This document shows positions 11,490-26,144 of a DNA stretch of 64,000 bases, in pieces. A program made the translations under genes and the position numbers. Position 1 is the first letter of the stretch. The number at the start of each line of letters is the position of its first letter. Under the pieces are notes generated by a model. It was not told the origin of the DNA. It did no database searches and was given only the letters and a program-made list of their open reading frames with translations. Origin of the DNA: Kudoa neothunni (lineage: Eukaryota; Animalia; Cnidaria); the NCBI GenBank assembly GCA_964304625.1, contig OZ199838.1:13803002-13867001 (forward strand), written 5' to 3'.

Positions 11490-13090
11490 TTATAGATAAA
11501 TAGAACAAGAATCAATTTGGTGTTTAAGTGCGAAAATTGTATCAATCACTCTTGGAAGATTTGGATTTTCGTAATAATGCTCTGGAGAATCGATTCTTTC
11601 TAGAAGGAGTGGTGTGGGGAGGGGGTATGGCTTTTAGTTTTTTTGATTCTTTCTCCGAACGTATAATCCTATCTTGGTTGGATAAAAGTTCTTTGTAGAA
11701 TTTTTCATCTATAGCCAATAGTTCCTTGATAACCTAGATTTTTGTTGAAGTCAACACTCCGAAATTGCGAGGAAGATTTACCAACAGGGCTCTGGAATAC
11801 TCGGTCTCTACAGGTGAATCAGAATTGGATAGATTATTCGCCATTAGTGAGCATGCAAACAAGCATTCCAAATGGAGTAAAGATAGCGAATTAGTGGAGG
11901 TGACATGATCGGAAATGGATTTAATATGCAATACAATTGTTGCAAGAGTGTGTCGATATTCGATTGGTAACAGCTCGATTTCATTCCTCAATTTTTCAGT
12001 TTCGTTCACCACTAGGAAATAATAACTTAAAAATTACTGAAATAAAATGTAGAATTACAAGCAGAATTAATTGCAGCTTGTTTTAAGGCATTTGGAACAA
12101 GAGGGGGCGATATTCGCCACAAATACTCAATAAGCATACAACCAATTTCATGATTTTTAATTTTTTTCTAAACAAAATATACAACTTCCGATCACTTATC
12201 AATAGAATGTTTTTATAACCATAACAATATTCTCCTTGCAGGTGTATCTTATTATTAGTTTACCGATTTTTACGTGATCACTATAATGAACAAAAATTAC
12301 TATAATTCACATCATAAAGAAAAAAAATTGAAACCTTAAAGGGGTCAAATAGATTTCAGCGAGATAGTTTACCCTTGAATCTATTTCCTCAATACAGGCG
12401 GTCTAAATTGAGATGAATGTTCCAAAGCGAATCAGCGTAGGCTAGAATGTTCAAATAAAACCTACTACAAATCGGGGCACAAGAGGATACAATCCGCTGA
12501 CATAATCGTTTAGCTAAATGATCTTTTCATATAAATCTAATTGTAAAATCTGACTTTAATGATAGATTTCTCGCAATAATTATCAATAAATATTTTGCAA
12601 TAGGTATGAACTTTCATATCACAATCTATAAGATGATTTTTATGCATGCATAATAAATATTAAACGACATACAGATACATTTGAAACCAGTTTTTTCTCC
12701 AATTTTTTCTAGACACTACATAATAATATGAATTACAATAACTCAACAAGTATCCAATTACAACTTACGTAAAAACAGTATATTTTATTTAATTTTGAAG
12801 TGATAATTTGGTAGAGATGACTATTTCTTGAGAATTTTTTTATTTCTTTATCTCTAGTGTGAGATTATTAAATTAGCTGGCCAGGATTAAAAAATGCTGC
12901 AAACTTGAATAATGGTAACTTTATTTCTTGATAAGTTTCATCGCTTTGGCAATGGTTGGATAACTCATTATGTTGTCTTTTTTTAACTTTGAACACATCT
13001 AATTCCTACATTCGAATCCCATATCCCATATTTGACAATAAAACCGTACCTCCACAGGTATTTTATCCGTATGTTCAAGATTGTTCTAAA
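11490..13090 (-). CDS. C1-domain + RhoGAP protein (RacGAP1/CYK-4- or chimaerin-like), multi-exon, 5' end unresolved
   Basis: C1-like FKCI|..CDMKVHTYC. GAP helices ACIEEIDSR, HEIGCMLIEYLWRISPPLVP, LLPIEYRHTLATIVLHIKSI, VIKELLAID. TAA at 11490-11492. Confidence 0.72.
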
Positions 13091-13499
13091 TAAATTAATC
13101 ATTTCATTTATTTTGCACTGCACATTAGTTTAATCCTCCTGTCTCTAATACTCATTATATGAATTTTTTTCTAGTTTTAAAATAACACATAACTTTTTTC
13201 CATGCAATCTTAATAAATTTTTTAAGTCAATTAATGTACATTTAAAATCTATGAGCCAAAAAAACAAAAAACAGTTTAAAAATATATATTAATCGTGGTC
13301 TCAAAATTTCCAATTTCGAATTGATCATCTATACTTGTTACTAACGATTTAATAATAAAATGTAATTTATTGATATTATTAAGAGAATACTTGTATTGTG
13401 AAGGTCTATTTAAAGAAAAAAAATTTAAACAAACACAATCTTACCGTAATTTATTATTAATCCACAATATTACAATGAATTTTATTCATTTATTACATA

Positions 13500-14817
13500 C
13501 AGTAAGCCTCGATATAGCGTAGTAAATCTCAATTCTGGCTTATTTCACCATAATAAATCATTACTTAACTAAGTTTTTATTGCACGAATTCTAGGAGATT
13601 AAAATTTTAAAACAATGCCAATATTTTGGAAGTTTAACTAATGATCATATCTTTTTCATCTCTCTAATTCATAAAAAATTCAACGAGCTTATTAAATTGA
13701 GTCTTTAACTAGTAAAGGTTTGCCTAATGATGAATATCCCACTTTTATTTGAGCTGTAAGAACAGTATCATTTTGGACATTAAAATCTTTCTTATTTATA
13801 TTTTAGTTCTTTATGTGAATTTTATCATAATAAAGAAACATTTTTTAAATTGTATCAAAAAATCGACAATTATTTCACAATAATATCAATTACGCTATCT
13901 AATTAATATCAGGAATAATTTATATAACAAATATTCAAACGGATTATGAATTAAATTATAAATATCAATCTACTCGAACACATTTTTATAACAAAGAAAA
14001 ATTTTTCCCAGCGGACGTATTATTATCTACATTTTTTCACCATTTTTAAAATTCAATATTTCAACCATTCCCTAAATTATTATCAGTATATTTAAAAACT
14101 ATTACATTGAAACCATAATCTTATCATGGTTATGCTTAAACAAGAAACTCCCTGATAAAGATATTTTTGCAAATGATCCTCAAAATTTTTATCACATCAA
14201 TGTACTTGGTTGAAAAACATTTTGGTTATGTTTTTTGGGTGAATATTTTAATTCGATATTTTTAAACAAAACCCTGCAGTATTTTGAATTATTTGTAACA
14301 ACATTAATACATATCATTATGACTTCTTCCAACTAAAGCCGCAGGAGATTTTTATTATAGTTCTCACAAGTCTCTCCAGATTACGGATTTATTCAACTTC
14401 AATATATTTTTTTTACTTCGGTTTTGTAATAAAACTAAACTTAAAGTTTGGATTTATGAGTTCGGCCGCCTCGAAATAAATTGGTTTTGGATTTTATTAA
14501 CGTCAATTTATTTATATTGAAGTTTTTAACAAGATATACTGTTTTGTAAGTTCATATGATTTAAAGGAATTATTATTTCGACGTTTCATAGGAAAAATTG
14601 AAACTACACCATATTGGACGACTAAATGTGTAATTTAGGGGTAATCGAATTACAAGTCGAGATACCAATTACGGCGCAGCAGCAAATCATCATGATTACT
14701 TTTATTTATAAGGTATGCTTATTCTGTTTTATTTTTAATTTTATTTTTTAAAATATATAATCATATCAATCGAAATTTTGTAAAAATCGTCAACTACGTT
14801 ATATTGAAACTTTCCTG
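13500..14817 (-). mobile_element. Decayed pogo/Tigger-like element
   Basis: TA-flanked TIRs CAGTAAGCCTCGATATAGCGTAG / CTACGTTATATTGAAACTTTCCTG. Confidence 0.7.
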
Positions 14818-15639
14818 TATATTAAGATATTAAAATATAAAAATTAATCAAAATTTCATATTAAAATTACGGAAATATAAATCTTTAACACTTTTGAACG
14901 AAAATTAATCGAACTGTATAAAGATTAACGATAATCCCATATACGACACGTGTGCGTAGATTGTACGAAAAAGTTAAAACTACATTTTAGTTATGTTTAC
15001 GCCTGAAAATTATTATTGTATTAATTTTTAAATTCTTGTTGAAAATATAAAGCTATTAATGAATACTTTTAAAAAATCCAACAAACTATAAAATGACATT
15101 CAAATCGGCTCAAAAACAGTGTATTTTTTAAAAATAAAATCTATTCGAATTAAACCTTAACAAAATCATTTAAAATTATTTTTAACTCATATATCACATT
15201 AGAAGTAGAAATAAAATTTAGTGCATGCAAATATTTAACAGTTTGCAACCTTAGAATTTAACTCGGGGTTTTTTGGGAGGTATGGATTGTATTTTGAAAT
15301 AGGCGTGCATTCTTTTTCCATTAGATATCCACTATATAAAATTTTAAAAGCTGTCAAAATCATTATAATTTACGATATATTATCGGGGTTGCGATTAGGG
15401 AGTTTTTCGCATAATTTTGTATACTCACGTTCGATAGTCGATAAAATACTGAAAATTTCTTTCTAAATAATAACACTGAGTTAAATAGGGATAATCTGTT
15501 AACTTCATTACCAATTGATATAAACTCTCATAGATTATATTAATTTTTTCTTTAAGACGTTCTATTCGTAATTCCAAAGTCTCGATGTGATTATTCTAGA
15601 AATTTTTATTATGTAAAATAAAAATCACTCTCTCTCGTA

Positions 15640-15802
15640 CGTTTGGTGGATTTGACTCTATACGATGCTCTGTTGATTTCTTGCTAGAATTCAACAAATG
15701 ACTAACATTGAACCAAGAGACGCTGTTAAAATTTTGGTTTAAATTATCCGTGCTGTTCCACCTTTTAAAATCTAAATTAGTTCGGATTATTTTATCCGCC
15801 AA
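15640..15802 (-). CDS. Probable coding exon, possibly an upstream exon of the RhoGAP gene
   Basis: Open frame ...NSSKKSTEHRIESNPPN followed by donor gtacgag; same strand as RhoGAP. Confidence 0.3.
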
Positions 15803-16080
15803 TCCACAACAACCCTAATGACCCATAAAACCCCTCTCATCGCCCATCGATAAACCATGAAGTTGATGACAAATTTTTGCAACTTTATTGAATAGTAATT
15901 CTATCACTCGAAACATTCTTTGAAATGGGAAAGCTACAATCGGTTGTATGATAACTAAGTGAAAACAAAACCAACAATTAATCTCCACAACCACACATAA
16001 CTATTCTAATGTGAGCAAACAAACGCAAACAAAGAGCCACCAAATAAAAATTCTCAAATCAACACACCCCCCAAAAGGGC

Positions 16081-18490
16081 TTAAATGGGTTGGTTAGATT
16101 GGATAGCAACTATTTGATTGTTTGATGAGTAAGCTTTCAGTAACGAGATGGCTTGACGGGCAACCAAATAATTGTGCACATCATGCAACCAGTTCCTCAG
16201 TGTGTGACCTGAATAATTCTTGATGTGAGAAATGTAACAGGCAGCTTCATAGAGGTTTCCATCCGCAATAGCTTGGTCAGCTTTCTCCAAAAGACAATAC
16301 ACTTCAAAAGGTGACTGTTCTTCAACACACACTTCGTTGTTGATGGAATCACTGCAATAATTCTACAACAAATCATTAACGGTAAAAAGATAATTTTAAA
16401 ATCGTACATAATGTTTAAAGGGGCCAACGTCAAACCGCTTAACGTTGTTATCGGAATGAGTTAGCGAGTGGATATAAGATATTAAAAAATTCCAAAGATT
16501 CATTTCTTTAGTTTCAAGATAGGCGAGGCGAGCTGCATCCTTTTTAAGTGTGCGGAAACGTTTGATCAATAAATACTGGCTATCAACTCCGTCCACTAAC
16601 ACCTCACAAGGTATCGAATTAGCCACCATACCAACTGAGTATCCAAAGGAGATATCTAAGGGAGTAAGAAATTTAGCTAAAACGCTCTAAGGCCGTCACT
16701 ATTGACCCGCATAAATTTTATATCAAAGTCAATCAAGAGTGCGCTGACGCCATTTTTATTTTTCATAGGTCGTATTTTATTCACAGCATGTTGAATGAAT
16801 TTATTATAATATGATAAATTTGGATATTTTTAGTCTATTTTTTTACCCATTTAATTCAGAAACAATTAATTATAGTCAAAAATCAAGATAGAACATTAAA
16901 TATGTGCAGGCCAATAGAAACCTTTTTCCTCTTAACTAAATCCGCAACGTACCACTACGCTTTAACACCTCAAACAGCACACTCGCCAAATAACCACTAG
17001 GATAGAGTTGATTGTCACAATCTTCTAAATAGTGTTCAGCTTTATCAAGCAAGTTATTAATTTTTGTGAGATTCAGCGCATCAATTATAAGTCGTTGAGT
17101 TCGAGTGGTTCTGTTTGTTATGAGTTTAATTTGATCGATCACACCTATAACAAATTAATTCCAATCGATAAGATCTCATTTTGGAGCAGAAATTAATAAA
17201 AATCTCTACTGGAATATCTATCGGTGAATGCCATTTTTATTAGATTGCTTTGTTTTTCCAGCGCAAGTTTATGATGGGCTTCAAGGTGTTCTTTTTGTCT
17301 TGTCAACTTTGCTTCCGTCTCTTCCATAAAAACTTCGGTTAACGCCTTCATTATTTCTTTCAAATGATCGACACTGGAAAGTGTAAAGCGATTCTAAACA
17401 TACACACACAGTTTATTCCTCTCAATCAAACAATAAATATACATTTGTTGGAGGAAAATTAATTTCAGTTTCTTCCACCTTTGTTCCACTCAGTTCAACA
17501 GGTTCTATGGGAACAGTTGTAGTAGTGGGCTCATTTTTTAATACAGACGAGTCAACAATAGTGCCATTATTGTCAGACTTGCTATCTGACGCAATTATAT
17601 TGTCAGGTTTCGACGATTCATTAGAGTTCTCTGAACTACCAGACGATTGATTTTTATCATTGTTAACGTCATCGTTGGTAACGACAATTTCATCTATCTC
17701 CTCCAAAAAGGGACCATTACGAACTGCATCCAAAAATACGTCGATCTGTGGACTTTTGAAGGTGTCTGTAATAGTAGACAAGATAGATTGAATTCTTTCG
17801 TTCAAATCTTCGATATGATATTCAATATTTTTGTTGGGACTGTTTAACGATTCAAAATATTGTTTCAGATGCGTCACTTCATGCATATGGTCGCCCAATT
17901 TGCGTTTGAACACATCCATTTCCTCGTATATTTTAGATAGTTTATTTTCAATTGTAGTGATATCGGACTTTCTTAAAAACGGTTCATTTGGCAGTTTAAG
18001 CTTTTCAAAAATATCATCCCATCTACGCAAACAAGCTAGCCGTTCATCATCCAATTTAACACGGAGCATTTCGGATTCCGCCTCCAAATGCGATCCTTCT
18101 TTTTGAATTTCGTTAATATCTTGTTCTAATTTCTTTAGTATGTCTTGTTTCCCATTAACCAATGCAATCAAATCAGATATATCCTGCCAAGTGGCAAATC
18201 GATTGTGTTTGTAGTATATAACCGCCTCGAATGCAGTGAAAACAGCCAAATTAACCAAGGTTGCTAATTTCATCCCACTTAATACATATCTACTAGTAAA
18301 TGCCATTTTTGAAGTGGCTAACTGTCTTCTAGCCAGCATAACATTTCTAAACTGTTCAAATTAGATGAGTTGCGCAGACGAGCAGAATACTTACACGAAG
18401 GTATTCTATGTTAGAAGTCGATAAAAAATGCGGTCTGTGACCAAGAAATGAATTTTTAGAGGGACTTCCAGCCAACAAGCGGGTGAGCAT
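16081..18490 (-). CDS. MIC60: MICOS subunit MIC60/mitofilin (IMMT-like), multi-exon
   Basis: Presequence-like N-terminus (MLTRLLAGSPSKNSF), single TM, long coiled coil. GVDSQYLLIKRF..L motif and C-terminal mitofilin motif LLEKADQAIADGNLYEAACYISHIK...WLHDVHNYLVARQA. Confidence 0.85.
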
Positions 18491-21144
18491 CTGGACTACC
18501 GAGCTAACACGAAGCAAGATTTTTCGTGATTTGAACAATTATCAATGTATGTTTACTGCCCACCAGAGTTGAATAAAATAAACTTTAAATTGAAAACTAA
18601 ATTCATACATTCGATTGTTATGTTCGGCAGCCGATTAAGATAAATATGCATTCGATGAGAATGATTGGTTCTGTCAAAAGCTTAATTTTCGTTTTTCACT
18701 AATTACGCGATTGATAAATTAACTCTTTTACTTCTCGAGATTAATACTCAGGTCTTTAGTATAATGGAAAATTATGAGTTACTAAAAAAATTCGATTGCG
18801 ATTCCTTTAATATAATAAACAAATAATTTAAAATTAATCCCTTAGGTTTTAGTTTACATTTGATTCCAGCTAGCTCACAAACAGAAATGTCTTTGTTTTA
18901 TGTCGCTTTAAATTTTAAATTTAGACTTAAATAAATAAGCATTACATAAAAGTTGGATTAATGAATATATCAACAATTTTGAACTATGTAATTTATTATG
19001 CGCGAACATTTGACTCATTACAGATTTATGTGCTATTTCTGATACGACTGTAATTATAATATAATTTTTCTATAGATGCTTATCATATTTATGCAAGCGC
19101 AGTCTTATTTTCCTAGAGAAAATACTCCCTAGACCAGGAGTTATAAATAATTTTTTAAAATTTTCCCCCTTGACCTGGCGGAAAATCCGAATTTACTCGG
19201 TTAACTTGGAAACTGAATGTGTATCTATATTAAGAGAGTAAAGATATTTAAGTTTTGCATTGGGTGACGTGTGGTTCGTAATTTGAGAAAATGTTACATA
19301 GTTAACGTACACATAACATTATATGTTATTTATTTCGTAAACTATTTAAAAACATTTATTTGACCATTTGGAATATAAATAAAATGTTTTTGAAGTAGTC
19401 AATTATATTTTTTATGGATTATTTTGTAATGACGTGTGGTTCGTCACTTTTCAGATGCGTTGAGCTTTTTGTTTTCAATTAGTGGTGAAATGGGGAACAG
19501 AAATAAAAATTGATTCAGGAATTTAAATGTGGAATGTGAAATAATAAAGTTTTACCAAAACCAGCGAAGGCGTGGAGCGGAAACAATATTGAAAATAATC
19601 CCAATATTAGTGATTTTATAAGTGGTGGTAACTGTAACAGAGATGACACGTTTCATAAATTTGACGATAGTGAACGAGAAATTTTTCCATTCAAAATTAC
19701 CTCTCTCATTTGTCTGATTTGAGACTTGAAATATTACGGTTTAAATAGTAATAAACATCAAACGGATATTTAACAAGAAGTACACAATATAATTGTCAGA
19801 AAACTTAAAAATATTACTAGAACTGAGTAATTACGATCCAAATAATTTGTCATCATGGTTGATGAATAGCATTTTTCCCTCCATTGTGTGGCGCGCGCAC
19901 TATTAGAAATTACTAACCACTCGTCATCCATTACATTAGGCTACATCTCTAAAAAATAAACGAGGTACAAACCGAAGAAACGAATAATAGTTTTAGACAT
20001 AGTTGTTAAATAGTTATTCTTGAAAATATTTTAAGCATTTCTGCTAACATGTTAAATTTAATTTCCCCGAAAAATATAACCCCTTGGAAATCCTGAAGTA
20101 CGTAATAAACCGCATTATGCAAAAATTTTCCGTACCCAATTTTGACCCCACTTAATTCATTTCGTGTCATCTAAAATTTACACCAGATTGAGAACCATTA
20201 TCCGTAGCAATTAAACAAATTAAAGAGTTGAAACTTTAAACTATTATTATTATTGATTTAATAGTGAAAATATTGTGAGAAATATTTAAATTTGTGATAT
20301 TTAAAGTGTTAGAACTACTCTTATAGGTGTTTTTGATTGAATCTTAAGATTTAATTAATTCTGGATTTTTTTCTAGTCTCAAATTTTTAATTTCAATCTA
20401 AAAATCGCAGAAAATTAGAATCTGACTATGAATATCTAGATTAAAAATAATGAATAATATATAGTAACTTTTTTCATCAAGTTTAATTGATGGGATTTAT
20501 TATAGTTCCTTTGGCTTGTTGTTCACAATGTTTAATTTGGTTGTATCATATTAATTTATGATTTCGTCAGTATCCATGACATTATCTAGTTTTCAGTAGA
20601 TTATATGATAAAAGGCTTTTTAATTTTAAGAAGAATATTTATTAAAATCATATAATTTATATCTTTCAGGTAGTAACGAATTAATAAATTATTTGTTCCT
20701 ATGTTAAAATTAATTAAAAAAGCTCATTACTTTTACATTTAAAGCTACTAACATAAAGTTTTATTCCCAGATTTTTAATCAATAATAGTTCAAAAAATAT
20801 TTAATCATGTTTAATTGAATTATTTTTGAAATATAAATTCAAATTGGTGAAAACATGTTTTGTAGCTGAGAAAAATAGAATTTTTGCTTTTATTTATAAG
20901 TGCTTCCATTTTAATTGTCTTTTTCACTAATAAATTTTATCTTTAAATAAAAATCAATTTATTTAAGGTTAAAAAATTATTTTTCAAATTTTCCAACATT
21001 GTTTTTATTGATTTAAAGATGCAAGTATCAGATGGGCATAAAAGAGCATATTAGTCCTAATCGAAATATTTGATAATAGTGATTAATGGGGAGACATTTG
21101 ATCAGAAGAAAAATGTGAAAATCTCAATATTTCAACCCAGCCAA

Positions 21145-21941
21145 TTATATTTCGAAGGTGTATTTCAATCTCAAATCACTCCATCCACGTCGATAAATAA
21201 GTAAAGTCACCAAAAATACCAAATACTAAACAATGTTTTTCTAATGTGCACAATAAATCAACTACCTTAACAACGAGATTTCCAATGAATTTATGCCACA
21301 ATTGTACCATTTTAGAGTTGTACTTCAGTTGATATAGAATATACATTTCTGATGGATGTGTAGATCGCTATTGTTAATAATTACTAATTCGAACATAACA
21401 CAGTGGTTCGTACACTTCGGGTTTTCAAACTCAAGTAATAGCCTCCAAACAATGCCACACAAGATGCACAATACAAGAGGCAAATAAATTCAGTGATAAA
21501 GAACAAATTGAATAACCCCATTTTTACCTACACACACATTCAGACACATCATGTTTAGAGAGCTGAGCGAGTTTGCTCGTAAGAATGAAAATTTACTGTC
21601 CTTAAAATCCCATAGATAAATATGCATATAGCTACCACTTCCAAAATACTAATAAATATGGCCACACAAGTGTATACTAAACCGCAATCAATAAAACATT
21701 TGTATTGTGGATGTTTATGTAACCCAAAATAAATGATGGAAGAATATTGAGCCCAATATCCAATTGACTTTTGAAGCCAATCGTAGCCAGTATAGCTGTA
21801 GTTATTGCTCTGAACTATATCAACGAATGGTCACTCATGAACGAGAATCGTGACGTCTACCATAGAAACAAGATTTATGATCAATAAAATTATTTGCCAC
21901 ACAGAAATGTCTTTCAATATTTGAATTACTCTGTTACTCAT
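21145..21941 (-). CDS. Small multi-pass (about 4 TM) membrane protein of unknown function, about 6 exons
   Basis: ATG at 21941; exons join in frame over GT-AG introns: MSNRVIQILKDISVWQIILLIINLVSM|FRAITTAILATIGF...|YTCVAIFISILEVVAICIFIYGILRT|VKMGLFNLFFITEFICLL...|YLVFLVTLLIYRRGWSDLRLKYTFEI*. Confidence 0.65.
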
Positions 21942-22699
21942 CGTTCTTAGTAGCGGCTGGCTGGCAACTTGGAGATAAACTGTTGATCAATATTCTTATC
22001 GTCTTATCTAATTATTAAAATTAACTCTTTTATAAATAAACTGGACCGAGGTAATCTCAATAATATAAAGTCAGACTGAAAATATTGAGAATCATATTAA
22101 GAACGAAGAAGCAGGAAAAGTGAGAATGATGTATTTTTGAGTAGTTTTAGGTGATCTTCCTAGTATAAATAAGTCATTTCCTTAAGGGATGTCTCAGATT
22201 CGTGAAAACGTGCTAAGATCAGCCTCATGCCAGCTTGGAAACAACCAATTCGCAGCAAAATAAATCAAGCAAGGTTTAATTTTTTCAATTTTAATTTTCG
22301 GAAATTTTTGTAATGACTCAAATTATTAAATATTTAAAATATAATTTTATAATAATAAGTATGTTAACTATAAATAAAATATGAGATTGTAGACGTTTAT
22401 TTTTTAATTCACGAATTTTTTCGGAATATATTACAAAAAAGATAATATTTTTAAAACAATTAAAATAATTAGAGCGATTAAATGTAGATTAATCGTTCAA
22501 ATTAAATATCGACATAATGGTAATATGTTAATCAAACAGCCTCATTTTTTTTTAATATGTCATTCACAGTCTAAAAATTCCTTTCAAAAATAATTAATAA
22601 TAGGCGAGGCCAACCAAGCTTGTGCAAGTTTGGTAGTATATATTTTCTGGAATCTTTTTCTATCATACGTAAAAAATACACCAATTCGGGCAAGTTCGG

Positions 22700-23470
22700 C
22701 GCTCTAATTAAAACGTATGAGAGTTCATAATATATTGAAAGAAAGTACACAACACTTTTTTGTATTTTTTTCTAAAGATGAACTCTGATTCGTACTCAAA
22801 AAAGGAGTTTGGATTCATGTTGGTGGCATTTCTATATTTTCTCTTAAATGTTCTCCGCGTGACTTCACCTTCAATCGTATGGACTCCCTCATTAGATACA
22901 AACTTCGTTTTATGAATAACTGTCTTTTCAATGAGTCCAAAATCTTATAAGTGATTTTAGCCAATCCAGTCATCTGCCCATATTATTGATCCATCTTCCA
23001 CATTTTCCAGGATGATTGTTTCCAAAATTTGTCCGGTTCTCCGCTTCGATATCTTTAAAAAACAGTTTCTGTCCTTGTCAGTACAATGAATTATTTAATA
23101 TTATGGGTTTTTTAATATCTGATCAAAATTGTGCCTTTTTTTATTGATGGCGATGTCATTAATTTGCACAATTTTTCCTTTACTTCCAATTTTTGAAAAA
23201 TCATCATCTAATTTTTCATAACTGATTTCCATTCAGACATTGTGGTACGGGAAAATATACTAATAGTTTGTTGCATATCGTCTTAGGTGAGGAAGGATGT
23301 TGGACAAAACTAACAATTAATATGGATCCCTTCCATAGAGACAATTTTGGCATTTCAAAAATATTACCCTTTCTTATTGATCTTCTTTTGGTACATTTGA
23401 AATTAAAACCATCGCTAATTTCTTTATTTACGCATTCGCTCCCCACAACACATCGGATAATCATTCAATA
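22700..23470 (-). pseudogene. Degraded Merlin/IS1595-like transposase remnant
   Basis: Zn-ribbon fragment FKCTKRRSIRKGNIFE; GSIIWADDW and HKTKFVSNEGVHTIEG-like segments; no clear TIRs. Confidence 0.7.
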
Positions 23471-23487
23471 ATCTGAAGAGGGGGTTC

Positions 23488-25012
23488 CAGTTGTGTCGAA
23501 TCGAAATGTAAATTTTTACTTAAGAGGTTTATTACTTTTGAAATTTAATTTGTATTACGCTGAAATGTTTTATGGGTAATTATACATGACGCTTTATTTG
23601 AGTGAATAATTTCTCGCGTTTTATACAAATTATTCAAAAATTGAATCGAATTATTTGTTCATCTCATATACTCTATATTTATCCACTGGAAATACATAAT
23701 GGAAATAAGTTTTTCCATCAGTTTATTCACAGAGTCAGGTTCTTGTTACTTACGCCTCTCAAAAATTTATTGTTTGAACGTAACATCTTATCTATTTTTA
23801 AGAATAGTTTTGAAATGTGTACTTTTACTTATATTCACATACAAAGATCCAATATTCAACTATACCGGGCCAAAATTCATGTTTTTAAAAAACAGTAAAT
23901 GAGTCTAATTGTTGATTTCATTGGGATTAATACACGCTGAAAAATAGGATCTGACATGATTCGCACAGTTTTGTAGCTGATCAGTAATGACTTCATCAGA
24001 GTTCGCTATTATTACGTTCATCAATTGCTCCTGATTGGGTGTCCTTTGGTTTTTTTACAGTAAATTTAGTCTGATGGAATGATACCTTGATCGGATTGAG
24101 GAACCGAGAGTATGACAAAAATGTAACAGCCTATGATTTGTGGATTGAATTTGCTCCTTTGCTAGATCTGTTGTATGGAATCTCACATTATCCATTATTA
24201 GTAAAGCGTTATTAACACCACTGCGGATTAAGTCGCCAAATAGTTTATTTATGAAAATAGATAAACTCGTTGGTTGACATTTCCATTTTCTACGTGGAAT
24301 GCTCAAATCCGTTCCAAGTTTATATCCGCTATTAAAGTAATATCTTTTGATCGAATGCTTTTTATATTCAGGTTTGTTCTAGACCCTAGGAGTTCCTTTG
24401 TAAATGTTCTTCCTATTAACAAAGAGAAATGTGATTCATCTATATAGATGACAATGGAATGGCGAGGTTTAGATTAAAGGTTTCGTAACATTTACCTGTT
24501 CATTTTTTTAAATTAGAATGATTTTAAACTTTTATTGTTTTTTTAAGTATAATGAAAATCTCTTAAACAATTTGCAATCGTTTGAAGGGAAACATTAATA
24601 CCAAAATATTCTAGAATCTTTTCGGTTATAGAACCTAAAGTAATTGTACAATCTTAGTTTACAAGTTCGCAAATGTACAATTTATGGTGTTCAGTTAATT
24701 TTGACTGTCCTTCGCCTCCTTTTTTTGTTTTCTAATGTATTTAATTCCATGTTAGTCGATTTTTTATTTAAATTGCTCCCCTTTTTGAATAGTGAACATT
24801 CATTTTTTTTATAATGTATTCGTAAGAGTATTGATCCTTGAAATAATTTGAATGCACCGACAAATTATGAATTTCAGCTAGTGAAACCGCCATTTGTCTC
24901 ATGTCTTCGCTTAAAATGACGTATTTTCTTTCTTGGCTATTATTAGAAGTTAAATTTTGATTCGACATAACGGTTATTCGTATCGCGGTTTCATTTTGGT
25001 CATGAAATACTG
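23488..25012 (-). mobile_element. Decayed Tc1/IS630-like element, same family as 48591-50185
   Basis: LLIMDNVRFH and IYIDES motifs. Right TIR ggtcatgaaatactg; left end matches the subterminal sequence of the 48.6 kb copy. Confidence 0.82.
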
Positions 25013-25348
25013 TGTGTTTAATAAATATATTATTATATTCTGTTTGGTTTCAGTTGTAATATTTGCAATATTTTCTCAATAATGAATATCCTACAATTTA
25101 CACGCTGCTCAAGTCAATAAAAATCGGTAATCGTTGACTAATAAAAATAAAAGGCAGCACTTTTCTTTAAATTGATTAGTGCATGCACCAACTATAATCA
25201 TTTTCCCCAAAAATTTGGTTAATTTTCAACGCTTGAAATATTTGTCAACAACTCTTCGGTATATTCGCGACAAAGATAGAAAAATTAAGTTCGAAAAAAT
25301 GTAAAGATACTGTTACGTCATACGACCTTTGTTAAATATGCCCATATA

Positions 25349-26144
25349 CAGTAACTTATGGGTCGTATGTAATATTGTAATAAAACGTAAATTAACCAAT
25401 ATCTAGAAAATTTGACTTATATAAACTTTATGGCATAAATAACGTATTAACTCAATCTGACGTATGAAAAATTACATCATCAATAGTTTTTATGCATTTT
25501 ATGTTATGCGCAATTACGGCTCATGCGTAATGTTTTTTTCATGATTACGAAAATTATGGTTTGTGCGTCAACAGGTGGTAGACAACTTGAAACTCCATCC
25601 CAAAATTTGAGTTAATGGAATATTATCAACAAGTTGAGAGTGAATCAATGAAAATCTTTGATATGAAAGCGAGATCTGCCTTGAATACTATTATAAACAT
25701 ACAGACTAGTTGTGTTAACATTATAATGATTGTCTGTTAAAGATTAAGAACAACTCTCAAAGGAAAAAAATATGGATATTGACCATAAATGAAAGAATGG
25801 ATTGAACTGATGAAATTAAAAAAATAGAGGATACTCAATAAGTTTCTATCAATTAGGCTAATGAATTCCTTATGATGTCTTGCAATCAATACCTGTATTT
25901 ATTAATTGGTTTATGGCTTTATAACAAGATGTAACATTTCGCATAATACATTTTATGATGGACCTTTAAATTATAAATCATATTTTGTTAAAAATTATTT
26001 TAGATATTAAACAAAATAAGTATGCTAAATTACTCAAAATATAGTTTAATTTTACAAATTTTTTACCTATTTTCGCATGCGTAAAGTTGTCGTTCGTAGT
26101 AATTTCGATTTCCCTTTCGATTACTCACGACCCACAAGTCAATG
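25349..26144. mobile_element. pogo/Tigger-type non-autonomous element
   Basis: TA-flanked TIRs cagtaacttatgggtcgtatgtaat / attactcacgacccacaagtcaatg. Confidence 0.6.
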
